This document shows positions 1 to 13,243 of a stretch of 64,000 nt of DNA, in pieces. Each line of letters starts with the position of its first letter. Within the stretch, counting starts at the first letter, position 1. The translations under genes and the position numbers were made by a program. The DNA comes from Escherichia coli (GTDB lineage Bacteria; Pseudomonadota; Gammaproteobacteria; Enterobacterales; Enterobacteriaceae): NCBI RefSeq assembly GCF_003334355.1, contig NZ_QOWP01000007.1. The stretch is one strand, 5' to 3'. The notes beneath the pieces are model-generated. The model made no database searches and had not been told where the DNA came from. It worked only from the letters and a program-made list of their open reading frames with translations.

Positions 1-1121
<1,121 letters not shown>

Positions 1122-2180
1122 ATGGTATTCAGAATAGCTAGCTCCCCTTATACCCATAACCAGCGCCAGACATCGCGCATTATGCTGTTGGTGTTGCTCG
1201 CAGCCGTGCCAGGAATCGCAGCGCAACTGTGGTTTTTTGGTTGGGGTACTCTCGTTCAGATCCTGTTGGCATCGGTTAGTGCTCTGTTAGCCGAAGCTCT
1301 CGTACTCAAACTACGCAAGCAGTCGGTAGCCGCAACGTTGAAAGATAACTCAGCATTGCTGACAGGCTTATTGCTGGCGGTAAGTATTCCCCCCCTCGCG
1401 CCATGGTGGATGGTCGTGCTGGGTACGGTGTTTGCGGTGATCATCGCTAAACAGTTGTATGGCGGTCTGGGACAAAACCCGTTTAATCCGGCAATGATTG
1501 GTTATGTGGTCTTACTGATCTCCTTCCCCGTGCAGATGACCAGCTGGTTACCGCCACATGAAATTGCGGTCAACATCCCTGGTTTTATCGACGCCATCCA
1601 GGTTATTTTTAGCGGTCATACCGCCAGTGGTGGTGATATGAACACACTACGCTTAGGTATTGATGGCATTAGTCAGGCGACACCGCTGGATACATTTAAA
1701 ACCTCTGTCCGTGCCGGTCATTCGGTTGAACAGATTATGCAATATCCGATCTACAGCGGTATTCTGGCGGGCGCTGGTTGGCAATGGGTAAATCTCGCCT
1801 GGCTGGCTGGCGGCGTATGGTTGCTATGGCAGAAAGCGATTCGCTGGCATATTCCCCTCAGCTTCTTAGTAACGCTGGCGTTATGCGCAATGTTGGGCTG
1901 GTTGTTCTCACCAGAAACACTGGCAGCACCGCAAATTCATCTGCTGTCTGGAGCGACCATGCTCGGCGCATTCTTTATTTTGACTGACCCGGTTACCGCT
2001 TCTACGACCAATCGTGGTCGTCTTATTTTCGGCGCGCTTGCGGGCTTATTAGTCTGGTTGATCCGCAGTTTCGGCGGCTATCCTGACGGCGTGGCTTTTG
2101 CCGTCCTGCTGGCGAACATCACGGTTCCTCTGATCGATTACTACACGCGTCCGCGCGTCTACGGCCATCGCAAAGGGTAA
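1122..2180 (+). CDS. rsxD: RsxD/RnfD membrane subunit (352 aa)
   Basis: Track ORF 1122..2180; polytopic hydrophobic protein; ATG immediately after rsxC stop; length matches recalled RsxD. Confidence 0.92.
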   Translation: MVFRIASSPYTHNQRQTSRIMLLVLLAAVPGIAAQLWFFGWGTLVQILLASVSALLAEALVLKLRKQSVAATLKDNSALLTGLLLAVSIPPLAPWWMVVLGTVFAVIIAKQLYGGLGQNPFNPAMIGYVVLLISFPVQMTSWLPPHEIAVNIPGFIDAIQVIFSGHTASGGDMNTLRLGIDGISQATPLDTFKTSVRAGHSVEQIMQYPIYSGILAGAGWQWVNLAWLAGGVWLLWQKAIRWHIPLSFLVTLALCAMLGWLFSPETLAAPQIHLLSGATMLGAFFILTDPVTASTTNRGRLIFGALAGLLVWLIRSFGGYPDGVAFAVLLANITVPLIDYYTRPRVYGHRKG

Positions 2181-2183
2181 ACC

Positions 2184-2804
2184 ATGCTGAAAACTATCCG
2201 AAAACACGGCATTACGTTGGCGCTATTTGCAGCGGGTTCAACAGGGTTAACTGCGGCCATCAACCAGATGACCAAAACGACGATTGCTGAACAGGCCAGT
2301 CTGCAACAAAAGGCGTTATTTGATCAGGTGCTGCCAGCCGAACGCTATAACAATGCGCTGGCACAGAGTTGCTATCTGGTAACTGCGCCAGAGTTAGGTA
2401 AAGGTGAGCATCGGGTTTACATCGCCAAACAGGATGACAAACCGGTAGCCGCCGTTCTGGAAGCAACCGCGCCAGATGGCTATTCCGGTGCGATTCAGCT
2501 GCTGGTGGGAGCCGATTTTAACGGCACGGTACTTGGCACGCGCGTGACAGAGCACCACGAAACGCCAGGGCTTGGCGATAAAATCGAACTGCGCCTTTCT
2601 GACTGGATCACCCATTTTGCGGGTAAAAAAATCAGTGGTGCAGATGATGCGCACTGGGCGGTGAAGAAAGATGGTGGTGATTTCGACCAGTTCACCGGCG
2701 CGACGATTACTCCCCGCGCGGTGGTTAATGCGGTAAAACGCGCCGGATTGTACGCTCAGACGTTACCGGCACAACTTTCTCAACTTCCTGCCTGTGGAGA
2801 ATAA
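2184..2804 (+). CDS. rsxG: RsxG/RnfG FMN-binding subunit (206 aa)
   Basis: Track ORF; N-terminal membrane anchor; 3-bp spacing from rsxD; operon context. Confidence 0.92.
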   Translation: MLKTIRKHGITLALFAAGSTGLTAAINQMTKTTIAEQASLQQKALFDQVLPAERYNNALAQSCYLVTAPELGKGEHRVYIAKQDDKPVAAVLEATAPDGYSGAIQLLVGADFNGTVLGTRVTEHHETPGLGDKIELRLSDWITHFAGKKISGADDAHWAVKKDGGDFDQFTGATITPRAVVNAVKRAGLYAQTLPAQLSQLPACGE

Positions 2805-2807
2805 AGC

Positions 2808-3503
2808 GTGAGCGAAATTAAAGACGTTATTGTTCAGGGGTTGTGGAAAAACAACTCTGCGCTGGTCCAGTTGCTCGGCCTTTGTCCTCTGTTGGCGGTC
2901 ACGTCCACTGCCACTAACGCTCTGGGTTTAGGACTTGCGACTACGCTGGTACTGACGCTGACCAACCTGACCATTTCGACGCTGCGTCACTGGACGCCAG
3001 CCGAGATCCGCATTCCCATTTACGTGATGATCATCGCCTCGGTGGTCAGCGCTGTACAGATGCTGATCAACGCCTACGCCTTTGGCCTGTATCAATCATT
3101 AGGGATTTTTATTCCGCTGATTGTCACTAACTGTATCGTTGTGGGCCGCGCTGAAGCCTTCGCCGCCAAAAAAGGTCCGGCGCTTTCGGCACTGGACGGC
3201 TTTTCAATTGGTATGGGCGCAACCTGCGCCATGTTCGTGCTGGGTTCACTACGCGAAATTATCGGCAATGGCACATTGTTTGACGGTGCAGATGCGCTGT
3301 TAGGTAGCTGGGCAAAAGTATTACGCGTGGAGATTTTCCACACCGACTCCCCTTTCCTGCTGGCGATGCTGCCACCAGGTGCATTTATTGGCCTGGGACT
3401 GATGCTGGCAGGAAAATACCTGATTGATGAAAGAATGAAAAAGCGCCGTGCTGAAGCAGCTGCAGAACGTGCATTGCCAAACGGTGAAACAGGGAATGTC
3501 TGA
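2808..3503 (+). CDS. rsxE: RsxE/RnfE membrane subunit (231 aa), GTG start
   Basis: Track ORF 2808..3503; hydrophobic NqrD/RnfE-like sequence; operon context. Confidence 0.9.
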   Translation: MSEIKDVIVQGLWKNNSALVQLLGLCPLLAVTSTATNALGLGLATTLVLTLTNLTISTLRHWTPAEIRIPIYVMIIASVVSAVQMLINAYAFGLYQSLGIFIPLIVTNCIVVGRAEAFAAKKGPALSALDGFSIGMGATCAMFVLGSLREIIGNGTLFDGADALLGSWAKVLRVEIFHTDSPFLLAMLPPGAFIGLGLMLAGKYLIDERMKKRRAEAAAERALPNGETGNV

Positions 3504-4138
3504 TGAATAAAGCAAAACGCCTGGAGATCCTCACTCGCCTGCGTGAGAACAATCCTCATCCCACCACCGAGCTTAATTTCAGTTCGCCTTTTGAATTGCT
3601 GATTGCCGTACTGCTTTCCGCTCAGGCGACCGATGTCAGTGTTAATAAGGCGACGGCGAAACTCTACCCGGTGGCGAATACGCCTGCAGCGATGCTTGAA
3701 CTGGGCGTTGAAGGGGTGAAAACCTATATCAAAACGATTGGGCTTTATAACAGCAAAGCAGAAAATATCATCAAAACCTGCCGTATCTTGCTGGAGCAGC
3801 ATAATGGCGAGGTTCCGGAAGATCGTGCTGCGCTTGAAGCCCTGCCCGGCGTAGGTCGTAAAACAGCCAACGTCGTATTAAACACTGCATTCGGCTGGCC
3901 GACTATTGCTGTCGACACGCACATTTTCCGCGTTTGTAATCGTACTCAATTTGCGCCGGGGAAAAACGTCGAACAGGTAGAAGAAAAGCTACTGAAAGTG
4001 GTTCCGGCAGAGTTTAAAGTCGACTGCCACCATTGGTTGATCCTGCACGGGCGTTATACCTGCATTGCCCGCAAGCCCCGCTGTGGCTCTTGTATTATTG
4101 AAGATCTTTGTGAATACAAAGAGAAAGTTGACATCTGA
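3503..4138 (+). CDS. nth: Endonuclease III (211 aa)
   Basis: Track ORF; HhH-GPD region and C-terminal Cys cluster CIARKPRCGSCIIEDLC; start overlaps rsxE stop (ATGA). Confidence 0.93.
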   Translation: MNKAKRLEILTRLRENNPHPTTELNFSSPFELLIAVLLSAQATDVSVNKATAKLYPVANTPAAMLELGVEGVKTYIKTIGLYNSKAENIIKTCRILLEQHNGEVPEDRAALEALPGVGRKTANVVLNTAFGWPTIAVDTHIFRVCNRTQFAPGKNVEQVEEKLLKVVPAEFKVDCHHWLILHGRYTCIARKPRCGSCIIEDLCEYKEKVDI

Positions 4139-4748
4139 AGAAAAGGGGTAACACCGATTACCCCATTGATAACCTTTCTTTATCCTCTTTTAAAACATCT
4201 TTTTAACGTCAATGATGCCATTGCTTAGCGTTATCATCAGGTAATCCGTTTGCGGATAACCAAAAATGCAGGTTAATTGTTTTTTTAATAGCGAAATTTT
4301 CTATTCATTCGTGATCAAGATCACGATGCTGTCGCAATGTAAAAACATTGCAAGAATCAGGTTAAAATCATTTAAATTTACACACGCAACAAATATTGAC
4401 CTACAAAACATTACACTGGCTATTTTTCAGAAACTGGACTATCTCACTAGTAAAAACGCTAAATAGCAGAACATATCGCCGTTAAGCCATCCCCCCCCTC
4501 TCAGTGCAGTGAAAAAATCTGCCGTTACGTTTTTTGAAAAATTTAACGCTGGATAACATTTCCCGGAATGGTTGAATTCCCCGCCTCAGTTATATGTAAC
4601 AGATTATTACAAAGGACTTGTCTGAAAGTGCAAGATAGTGAACATTACCTGCCGTTTCCCCTCCCACTATAACAATTGCGCGTATGTTTTTTATACATAA
4701 CGCGAGAAAGCACCCCCGTTAATATGGGATGTAAAAAAAGAGGTAAAA

Positions 4749-6251
4749 GTGTCCACTGCAAACCAAAAACCAACTGAAAGCGTCAGTTTGAACGCTTTCA
4801 AACAACCGAAGGCGTTCTATCTCATCTTCTCGATTGAGTTATGGGAACGTTTTGGTTATTACGGCCTACAAGGAATTATGGCTGTTTACCTGGTTAAACA
4901 ACTGGGTATGTCTGAAGCGGATTCAATCACCCTTTTCTCTTCCTTTAGTGCCCTGGTTTATGGTCTGGTCGCTATCGGCGGCTGGTTAGGTGACAAGGTA
5001 CTGGGTACTAAACGCGTAATTATGCTCGGCGCTATTGTGCTGGCGATTGGTTATGCTCTGGTTGCCTGGTCTGGTCACGACGCCGGTATCGTTTATATGG
5101 GTATGGCGGCTATTGCGGTCGGTAACGGCCTGTTTAAAGCTAACCCGTCTTCTCTGCTTTCTACATGCTATGAGAAAAACGACCCGCGTCTGGACGGTGC
5201 ATTCACCATGTACTACATGTCCGTCAACATCGGCTCTTTCTTCTCTATGATTGCTACGCCGTGGCTGGCCGCGAAATACGGCTGGAGTGTTGCGTTTGCG
5301 TTGAGCGTTGTAGGCCTGCTGATCACTATCGTTAACTTCGCCTTCTGCCAACGCTGGGTTAAACAGTACGGTTCAAAACCAGACTTCGAGCCTATCAACT
5401 ACCGTAACCTGCTGCTGACCATTATTGGTGTTGTGGCACTGATCGCTATCGCCACCTGGCTGCTGCACAATCAGGAAGTTGCGCGTATGGCGCTGGGCGT
5501 TGTTGCCTTCGGTATCGTGGTTATCTTCGGTAAAGAAGCCTTCGCGATGAAAGGTGCTGCGCGTCGTAAAATGATCGTTGCCTTCATCCTGATGCTCGAA
5601 GCCATTATCTTCTTCGTGCTGTACAGCCAGATGCCAACGTCACTGAACTTCTTTGCGATTCGTAACGTTGAGCACTCCATTCTGGGTCTGGCCGTAGAAC
5701 CTGAGCAGTATCAGGCACTGAACCCGTTCTGGATCATCATCGGTAGTCCGATTCTGGCCGCTATCTATAACAAGATGGGCGATACCCTGCCGATGCCAAC
5801 CAAGTTTGCAATCGGCATGGTGATGTGTTCTGGTGCGTTCCTGATTCTGCCGCTGGGTGCGAAATTCGCGTCTGACGCTGGTATCGTGTCTGTAAGCTGG
5901 CTGGTCGCAAGCTATGGCCTGCAGAGCATCGGGGAACTGATGATCTCTGGTCTGGGTCTGGCAATGGTTGCTCAACTCGTTCCGCAGCGTCTGATGGGCT
6001 TCATTATGGGTAGCTGGTTCCTGACCACTGCCGGTGCAAACCTGATTGGTGGTTATGTTGCGGGTATGATGGCTGTGCCGGATAACGTTACCGATCCGCT
6101 GATGTCACTGGAAGTCTATGGTCGCGTATTCTTGCAGATTGGTGTCGCTACTGCCGTTATTGCAGTACTGATGCTGCTGACCGCGCCGAAACTGCACCGC
6201 ATGACGCAGGATGACGCTGCAGACAAAGCGGCGAAAGCAGCCGTAGCGTAA
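4749..6251 (+). CDS. dtpA: Proton-dependent di/tripeptide permease DtpA (500 aa), GTG start
   Basis: Track ORF; POT-family signature region [22 protein letters not shown]; strong terminator downstream. Confidence 0.93.
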   Translation: MSTANQKPTESVSLNAFKQPKAFYLIFSIELWERFGYYGLQGIMAVYLVKQLGMSEADSITLFSSFSALVYGLVAIGGWLGDKVLGTKRVIMLGAIVLAIGYALVAWSGHDAGIVYMGMAAIAVGNGLFKANPSSLLSTCYEKNDPRLDGAFTMYYMSVNIGSFFSMIATPWLAAKYGWSVAFALSVVGLLITIVNFAFCQRWVKQYGSKPDFEPINYRNLLLTIIGVVALIAIATWLLHNQEVARMALGVVAFGIVVIFGKEAFAMKGAARRKMIVAFILMLEAIIFFVLYSQMPTSLNFFAIRNVEHSILGLAVEPEQYQALNPFWIIIGSPILAAIYNKMGDTLPMPTKFAIGMVMCSGAFLILPLGAKFASDAGIVSVSWLVASYGLQSIGELMISGLGLAMVAQLVPQRLMGFIMGSWFLTTAGANLIGGYVAGMMAVPDNVTDPLMSLEVYGRVFLQIGVATAVIAVLMLLTAPKLHRMTQDDAADKAAKAAVA

Positions 6252-6272
6252 AATTCAGGGAAACTCTTTTAC

Positions 6273-6307
6273 AAGCCGCTAACTTTTCGTTAGCGGCTTT
6301 TTTTTTG
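6273..6307 (+). terminator. Intrinsic terminator of dtpA
   Basis: Hairpin AAGCCGCTAAC/GTTAGCGGCTT followed by T9. Confidence 0.85.
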
Positions 6308-6356
6308 TTCAGCAACGCACTACCATACTTTAAACCACAGACAAAAGGAGTTACCG

Positions 6357-6962
6357 ATGAAATTGTTCTACAAACCGGGTGCCTGCTCTCTCGCTTCCCA
6401 TATCACCCTGCGTGAGAGCGGAAAGGATTTTACCCTCGTCAGTGTGGATTTAATGAAAAAACGTCTCGAAAACGGTGACGATTACTTTGCCGTTAACCCT
6501 AAGGGGCAGGTGCCTGCATTGCTGCTGGATGACGGTACTTTGCTGACGGAAGGCGTAGCGATTATGCAGTATCTTGCCGACAGCGTCCCCGACCGCCAGT
6601 TGCTGGCACCGGTAAACAGTATTTCCCGCTATAAAACCATCGAATGGCTGAATTACATCGCCACCGAGCTGCATAAAGGTTTCACACCTCTGTTTCGCCC
6701 TGATACACCGGAAGAGTACAAACCGACAGTTCGCGCGCAGCTGGAGAAGAAGCTGCAATATGTGAACGAGGCACTGAAGGATGAGCACTGGATCTGCGGG
6801 CAAAGATTTACAATTGCTGATGCCTATCTGTTTACGGTTCTGCGCTGGGCATACGCGGTGAAACTGAATCTGGAAGGGTTAGAGCACATTGCAGCATTTA
6901 TGCAACGTATGGCTGAACGTCCGGAAGTACAAGACGCGCTGTCAGCGGAAGGCTTAAAGTAA
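6357..6962 (+). CDS. gstA: Glutathione S-transferase GstA (201 aa)
   Basis: Track ORF; sequence recalled as E. coli GstA; length match. Confidence 0.92.
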
Positions 6963-6969
6963 TAGCCAT

Positions 6970-6993
6970 CGGCCCACAGGTCGTTGTGGGCCG
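6970..6993. terminator. Hairpin between convergent gstA and pdxY (possible bidirectional terminator)
   Basis: GGCCCACAGGTCGTTGTGGGCC inverted repeat. Confidence 0.55.
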
Positions 6994-7005
6994 AAATGAG
7001 ATATT

Positions 7006-7869
7006 TCAGAGCTTTGTTGCGCTGAAGTAATGTTCTGGTTTGGCAATACGATCCTGAGCAGCCACCACTTGCAGCTCATATTCCTGCATTGCTTTGGTGG
7101 TCACCATGATTTCGTAGACTGCAGCGGTCACATGTTCCAGCGCCTCCTGCAGCGTTGCCCCCTGAAGCAGTTTCACCAGCAGTAAACCGCTCGTCACATC
7201 ACCAACACCTACCGGCTGGCGCATACCAAAATCCACCAGCGGACGGCTGATATGCCAGGCTTCATCGGCGGTGACCAGCAGCATTTCAAAACGGTCACGG
7301 CTGTAGCCAGCTCGCGCCAGGTGTTTAACCAACACAATTTGTGGCCCTTGCGCAATGAGTTCGCGCGCTGCCAGAACCGCTTCTTCGACGTTATTTACCG
7401 CATGCTCACAGAGTATTTCCAGCTCAACCAGATTTGGCGCAATGATATCGCTGGCAGGCAAACCGTGCCGCACATGAAACTCTGCGACACCCGGTGCAAC
7501 GATACAGCCTTTTTCCGGATGCCCCATTACCGGATCGCAAAAATATTTCGCCTGCGGATTCGCGGCTTTCACCTGACGGACGATACCGAGGATATGTTCA
7601 CCCTGCTCCGCCGATCCCAGATAGCCACTTAATACGGCATCACAGGTGTGTAATTTATCAATGGCGGCAATGCCTTGCACAATTTCGGTTAAATGGCTGG
7701 GCGGCATCACGCAGCCAGTCCATTTGCCGTATTGGGTGTGATTAGAAAATTGAACGGTGTTCAGCGGCCAGACGTTCGCGCCCAGGCGGCGCATCGGAAA
7801 CTCTGCCGCACTGTTACCCGCATGACCATAAACAACGTGAGACTGGATAGCGAGAATATTTTTCATCAT
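7006..7869 (-). CDS. pdxY: Pyridoxal kinase PdxY (287 aa)
   Basis: Track ORF; downstream of tyrS on same strand; length match. Confidence 0.92.
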   Translation of the reverse strand: MMKNILAIQSHVVYGHAGNSAAEFPMRRLGANVWPLNTVQFSNHTQYGKWTGCVMPPSHLTEIVQGIAAIDKLHTCDAVLSGYLGSAEQGEHILGIVRQVKAANPQAKYFCDPVMGHPEKGCIVAPGVAEFHVRHGLPASDIIAPNLVELEILCEHAVNNVEEAVLAARELIAQGPQIVLVKHLARAGYSRDRFEMLLVTADEAWHISRPLVDFGMRQPVGVGDVTSGLLLVKLLQGATLQEALEHVTAAVYEIMVTTKAMQEYELQVVAAQDRIAKPEHYFSATKL

Positions 7870-7877
7870 GTTCCCTG

Positions 7878-7912
7878 TATAAAAACCAGGGGGAGTGATT
7901 TCTCACTCCCCC
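7878..7912 (-). terminator. Hairpin plus T-run between tyrS and pdxY (reverse strand)
   Basis: GGGGGAGTGA/TCACTCCCCC stem; A5 on + strand immediately 5' (T-run on - strand). Confidence 0.6.
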
Positions 7913-7927
7913 TTTCCACTTAATGCA

Positions 7928-9202
7928 TTATTTCCAGCAAATCAGACAGTAATTCTTTTTACCGCGACGCAGTAAGGTAAAACGACCAAATAGACGATCT
8001 TCTTCTTTAAAGAAGTATTCAGGATCGGACTGTTTTTCACCGTTAATGGTGATGGCATTGGAGGCGATAGTTTTACGTGCCTGACCACGGGAAGGTTGCA
8101 GTTCAGAATCGACCAGTGCCTGCATCAGGTCTGCGCCCTTTTCCATCTCAACCATCGGTACGCCGTCCTGCGCCAGCTGTTCGAAGTCCGCTTCACTCAG
8201 CGCACTCAAAGAACCGCTGAACAGGCATTCGGTAATACGTTTTGCCGCCTGTAAACCTTCTTCACCGTGAACCAGACGAGTCACCTGCTCCGCCAGTACA
8301 TACTGGGCGCGCGGTGCTTTACCGCTGTTTTTATCTTCTTCTTCCAGGGCGTTGATCTCTTCAATGCTCATAAAGGTGAAGAACTTCAGGAAGCGGTAAA
8401 CGTCGGCATCCGCAGTGTTGATCCAGAACTGGTAGAATTTGTACGGGCTGGTTTTCTTCGGATCCAACCAGACTGCGCCGCCTTCAGTTTTACCAAATTT
8501 GGTGCCATCTGCTTTAGTGATCAGCGGAACGGTCAGGCCAAACACCTGATTCTGATGCAGACGACGGGTCAGGTCGATACCAGAAGTGATGTTACCCCAC
8601 TGGTCAGAACCACCAATTTGCAGCACCACACCGTACTGTTTGTTCAGACAGGCGAAGTCATAACCCTGCAACAGGTTGTAGGAAAACTCAGTGAACGAAA
8701 TCCCCTGATCTTCACGGTTGAGACGCTGCTTAACCGCTTCTTTGTTGATCATCTGGTTAACGGAGAAGTGTTTGCCAATATCGCGCAGGAAGGTCAGCAC
8801 ATTCATATTGCCGAACCAGTCATAGTTGTTCGCCGCGATAGCAGAGTTTTCTCCACAGTCGAAATCGAGGAACGGGGCAACCTGCTTACGGATTTTGTCC
8901 ACCCACTCCTGAACAGTTTCTTCGGTGTTCAGCTTACGCTCGGCAGCTTTGAAGCTCGGGTCGCCAATCAGACCCGTCGCGCCGCCTACCAGCGCAACCG
9001 GCTTGTGGCCCGCCTGCTGGAAGCGTTTCAGGCATAACAATGGAACAAGATGCCCCAAATGCAAGCTGTCAGCGGTAGGATCGAAGCCGCAATAGAGCGC
9101 GATCGGGCCTTGCGCCAGTCGCTCTGCTAACGCTTCCTCGTCCGTCACCTGGGCTACCAGCCCCCGCTCTTGCAATTGTTTAATCAAGTTACTGCTTGCC
9201 AT
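7928..9202 (-). CDS. tyrS: Tyrosyl-tRNA synthetase (424 aa); track ORF trimmed by 4 codons to [10 protein letters not shown] start
   Basis: Class I aaRS motifs visible (HLGH region [10 protein letters not shown]; KFGKT); recalled N-terminus MASSNLIK. Confidence 0.92.
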
Positions 9203-9330
9203 CAAAATCTCCATGTATATAACGACTGCACCTTTGCCGGTACACGACTTTTCGCCAGATGCGAAAGAGACATAGAATAAAGTGCCAGAATCAGGAGTAC
9301 CAGCGATTAAAGCAAGATTTTTGCATCTTT

Positions 9331-9987
9331 TCAGGGTGCAAGACGATCAATCTTCCACGCATCATTTTCACGCTGGTACAAAAAGCGGTCATGCAGGCGA
9401 TGCTCACCACCCTGCCAGAACTCAATCTGTTCAAGGCTGACGCGAAAACCGCCCCAAAAGCTCGGCAATGGCACTTCGCCCTGTTGAAACTTCTGCTTCA
9501 GCTCCAGGAATTTACTTTCAAGGATACCGCGGGCAGAAATGCGACTGGACTGCTTCGAAACCCATGCACCAATCTGGCTATCACGCGGGCGGCTATGAAA
9601 ATATTTCATCACTTCGAGAGTCGAAAGTCGTTCTGCTTTACCGATCACCATCACCTGGCGCTCAAGGGTATGCCACGGGAACAGCAGGCTAACGCGCGGA
9701 TTATTTTCGATTTGATGTGCTTTACGGCTGCCGAGGTTGGTGTAAAACACCATGCCTTTTTCGTCGTAATGTTTGAGTAAAACGATGCGCTGATAAGGCT
9801 GACCATGTTCATCCACGGTAGCGACCACCATCGCGGTAGGGTCCGCCAGTTTGGCTTCACAAGCCTGAGAGAGCCAACGTTCAAAAAGGGTTAATGGATC
9901 GGCGGGAAGATCGCGGCGGCGTAACCCGCCTTTGGTGTATTCACGGCGCAGATGCGCGATTTGCTGCAATTCGTCGTTATCAGACAT
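9331..9987 (-). CDS. pdxH: Pyridoxine/pyridoxamine 5'-phosphate oxidase PdxH (218 aa)
   Basis: Track ORF; upstream of tyrS on same strand (pdxH-tyrS-pdxY arrangement). Confidence 0.92.
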
Positions 9988-10045
9988 GGTTTTCTTTACG
10001 GATTGTCAGTGGGTGACGCTATTGTGCGCCGCCCCTGGAAAAATC

Positions 10046-10375
10046 TCAACGCTGTGGATTTTGTAACTGACAGTTATTCAAGACGATGCGGTCGCGTTTA
10101 TAGACAGTCGCTTCATCGCCTTTCGACCAGAAAACATAGATTCCGTCAGTGTAACGCGCGCCAGAGGCTGAAATGCCCTGTTTGAGATGCAGTAGTTGAT
10201 TATCGTAAACAAAACTGACCTCCTGGCGCGGATTATTCAGTTTGACCGTCAACGGTTTTTCATCACACTGGTATTCCAGCGTATCGGTTTGCATGCGCTC
10301 AACCAGCTGATTAAAGGCGCTACAGCCGGAGAGAAGGACCGGCAAAATGATAATTAACAGTTTTTTCATAGTCAT
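10046..10375 (-). CDS. mliC: Membrane-bound lysozyme inhibitor of C-type lysozyme, lipoprotein (109 aa)
   Basis: Track ORF; lipobox LLSGC at N-terminus; length match. Confidence 0.9.
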   Translation of the reverse strand: MTMKKLLIIILPVLLSGCSAFNQLVERMQTDTLEYQCDEKPLTVKLNNPRQEVSFVYDNQLLHLKQGISASGARYTDGIYVFWSKGDEATVYKRDRIVLNNCQLQNPQR

Positions 10376-10472
10376 ATCCCGAAGACTTTCCTGGTCTGGA
10401 GGGCAATACGCCCTCCCTAACGTTCCAAGTGTAACGGCAGACGCGGTAAGAAAAATTCAGTTAACTCTGATA

Positions 10473-11582
10473 TCACGGGTTAGCGGGGAAAATAGCCCCC
10501 AGTACCGTCTCCTGGCTTGCGCCAGTGACGGAAGGCAGATTTCCTGGTAATCCCGCCAGCGTCCGCCAGGCAAGCCAGGCGAAAGCCAATGCTTCCATGT
10601 CATCGCCACTAATGCCAACGGCATCGGTGGTGGTGACTTCTGTGCCTGGCAGTAATGCCGCCAGACGCGCCATGAGTAGCGGATTACGACTACCTCCACC
10701 ACATACCATCAATCGTTCGCAGCCACCGCTCAACAAAACTTGTTCAGAAATGGTCACGGCGGTGAGTTCTGCCAGTGTCGCCTGCACATCTCGGGGATCA
10801 ACACCCGGAAAATGGCGCAAATGGCGCTCCAGCCAACCATAGTTAAAGTATTCGCGTCCGGTGCTTTTCGGTGCAGGTTGCGAGAAATACGGGTCGCTGA
10901 GCATATTTTGCAGCAGTGGGAGAATAACTTTACCCGCCCGTGCCCACTCGGCATCTTTATCGTAAGGTTTACCGGCCTGACGCCAGATCCAGGCATCCAT
11001 CAGCATGTTACCAGGACCGGTATCGTAGCCCCCAACCGGCTGCCCAGGAATGAGCAGTGACAGATTGGCGATGCCGCCAATATTGAGCACCATTCGTCGC
11101 TCGGTTGGGTGAGCCAGCAGCGCATGATGGAACGCAGGTACCAGCGGTGCGCCTTGTCCTCCCAAGGCAATATCGCGACGGCGAAAATCACCGACAACCG
11201 TAATTCCGGTGCGTGCCACAATTTGATTGTTATCGCCAATCTGTAAAGTGTGTGGTGCCACGCCCGTCGGTTCATGCCAGACGGTTTGACCGTGACAACC
11301 GATCGCAACTATATCTCTTGCCTGCAGATTTTGTTCCTTAAGCAAGGCATTGACCGCATCAGCAAAAAGTCGCCCGAGTTGAGTATCAAGCTGTCCAAAC
11401 TGCGAAAGTGTAAGCTGCTGGCCCTGGCAAATATCCAGTACAGCCTGTTTCAGAGATACCGGGATCGGCCAACTCAAACTTGCCAGCTGTGCGACCCGGT
11501 GTTCATCAATTGTCGCCAACACAACATCAACACCATCAAGGCTGGTGCCTGACATAACGCCAATAAAGCGGCCCGATTTCAT
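10473..11582 (-). CDS. anmK: Anhydro-N-acetylmuramic acid kinase AnmK (369 aa)
   Basis: Track ORF; N-terminal [19 protein letters not shown] typical of AnmK; length match. Confidence 0.92.
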
Positions 11583-11855
11583 AGTTCATCCTTTTTCAAT
11601 CTGACGTTTGCGCACCACTCAAACATAAACTTTTCGTGAATACCATGCGGAATGACCGATTTTTACCGTTGGTAGTAAAACATTATCTTCAAATCAATAA
11701 TCATCATGAATGTTTTGTTTATAATTGGTTGATCCTACTTTCATTATGATTTGCTCATATTTGGTAGAACATGTAACCATGGATTCACATATGCCATATA
11801 CTTTGACCATGAGGGATGCTTGCGTGGCGTTTCATGGTGAACAGGAGATTTTTCA

Positions 11856-12323
11856 ATGATTAAACGCGTATTGGTTGTTTCAATGGTAGGTCTGTCTCTT
11901 GTCGGTTGTGTTAATAACGACACCCTGTCAGGGGATGTTTATACCGCTTCTGAAGCGAAACAAGTACAGAATGTCAGCTATGGCACCATCGTTAACGTAC
12001 GTCCGGTACAGATTCAGGGCGGTGATGATTCCAACGTTATCGGTGCAATTGGCGGTGCTGTTCTTGGTGGTTTCCTGGGGAATACTGTTGGTGGCGGAAC
12101 CGGGCGTTCTCTGGCTACTGCAGCAGGCGCTGTTGCAGGTGGCGTAGCTGGTCAGGGCGTACAGAGTGCAATGAACAAAACGCAGGGTGTCGAGCTGGAA
12201 ATTCGTAAAGACGATGGTAATACCATCATGGTGGTACAGAAACAAGGCAACACTCGTTTCTCTCCGGGCCAACGTGTCGTACTGGCCAGCAATGGCAGTC
12301 AGGTGACCGTTTCTCCGCGCTAA
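11856..12323 (+). CDS. slyB: Outer-membrane lipoprotein SlyB (155 aa)
   Basis: Track ORF; lipobox LVGC; glycine-zipper stretch GAIGGAVLGGFLGNTVGGGTG. Confidence 0.93.
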   Translation: MIKRVLVVSMVGLSLVGCVNNDTLSGDVYTASEAKQVQNVSYGTIVNVRPVQIQGGDDSNVIGAIGGAVLGGFLGNTVGGGTGRSLATAAGAVAGGVAGQGVQSAMNKTQGVELEIRKDDGNTIMVVQKQGNTRFSPGQRVVLASNGSQVTVSPR

Positions 12324-12331
12324 ATAAGTTT

Positions 12332-12359
12332 GCGTGTGGTCAGGTTACTGACCACACGC
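12332..12359. terminator. Shared hairpin between convergent slyB and slyA
   Basis: GCGTGTGGTCAG/CTGACCACACGC 12-bp perfect stem. Confidence 0.7.
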
Positions 12360-12369
12360 CCCCTTCATT

Positions 12370-12810
12370 TCACCCTTTGGCCTGTAACTCAATGATATTA
12401 TGCTCAAGTTTTGCGATGAGCGTAATCAGTTGCTCCAGTTCCTCTGCGGAGATGCCATGTAATATTTCCGCGCGGGTTTTGTTAATAACAGCTTCCATTT
12501 CGCTGATCAGCGGCTCTGCCTTTTCCGTCAGTTTAATACGTTTAGCCCGACGATCGCTGGCACAAGTTTGACGCGAAATTAACCCTTTTTCTTCCAGTTG
12601 GTCCAGAGTACGGACCAGTGATGGCTGCTCGATGCCAATCGCTTTTGCCAGTTGAATTTGCGACTGGTCTGGAGGTAACTGATGGATATTGTGTAACGTA
12701 ACCCAATGGGTTTGTGTTAACTCCAGCGGTTTCAGGCGATGGTCTATCAGAGCACGCCATATGCGCACCAACCGTGCCAGATCAGAACCTAGTGGCGATT
12801 CCAATTTCAT
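12370..12810 (-). CDS. slyA: MarR-family transcriptional regulator SlyA (146 codons as drawn; annotated start may be 2 codons downstream)
   Basis: Track ORF; winged-helix MarR-like sequence recalled as SlyA; convergent with slyB across a shared hairpin. Confidence 0.92.
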
Positions 12811-12820
12811 CTCCTTATAA

Positions 12821-12832
12821 TTAGCTTGCTAA
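12821..12832. promoter_or_regulatory. SlyA-type palindrome TTAGCTTGCTAA in slyA/ydhI divergent region
   Basis: Perfect 12-bp palindrome 11 bp upstream of slyA start; matches recalled SlyA consensus TTAGCAAGCTAA. Confidence 0.6.
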
Positions 12833-13013
12833 GATATTATGCGGCTTTTAGAATAGTGTGCAGCAATTGTATTGCTAAAACAAATGTATTGCTGCATTTG
12901 GTTACCGTCAGACATATTTTTCAGAAATTGCGCGTAAATTTTTCGCACTTAAAGAATATTTATTAATCTAACGCAATATATTCGGTCGTAAAGGAATCTA
13001 CTTTGTAAAGTTT

Positions 13014-13241
13014 ATGCTCAATGCAACAGGATTGCCCTTACAAGATCTGGTGTTCGGTGCGTCCGTCTACTTTCCTCCGTTTTTCAAAGCCTTCGCGTTT
13101 GGATTCGTCATCTGGCTTGTCGTACACCGCCTGCTTCGTGGCTGGATCTACGCCGGTGACATCTGGCATCCCTTGTTAATGGATTTATCGCTGTTTGCGA
13201 TTTGCGTTTGCCTTGCTCTGGCAATACTGATTGCGTGGTAA
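13014..13241 (+). CDS. ydhI: Small inner-membrane protein YdhI (DUF1656, AaeX-like); start uncertain
   Basis: Track ORF 75 aa; two hydrophobic segments; immediately precedes ydhJ (3-bp gap). Confidence 0.8.
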
Positions 13242-13243
13242 CT

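Noticed and set aside
4266-4466. 66-aa ORF in the nth-dtpA intergenic region
   Set aside because: AT-rich, no RBS, Ile/Phe/Lys-biased product; more likely promoter DNA.
8267-9037. 256-aa forward ORF inside tyrS
   Set aside because: Antisense to tyrS, whose class I aaRS motifs are clear; no independent start or RBS context.
13014-13241. Longer 78-aa form of ydhI
   Set aside because: The in-frame codons upstream of the ATG (GTA AAG TTT) contain no start codon before an in-frame TAA, so the 75-codon model is used; a different start would need experimental support.
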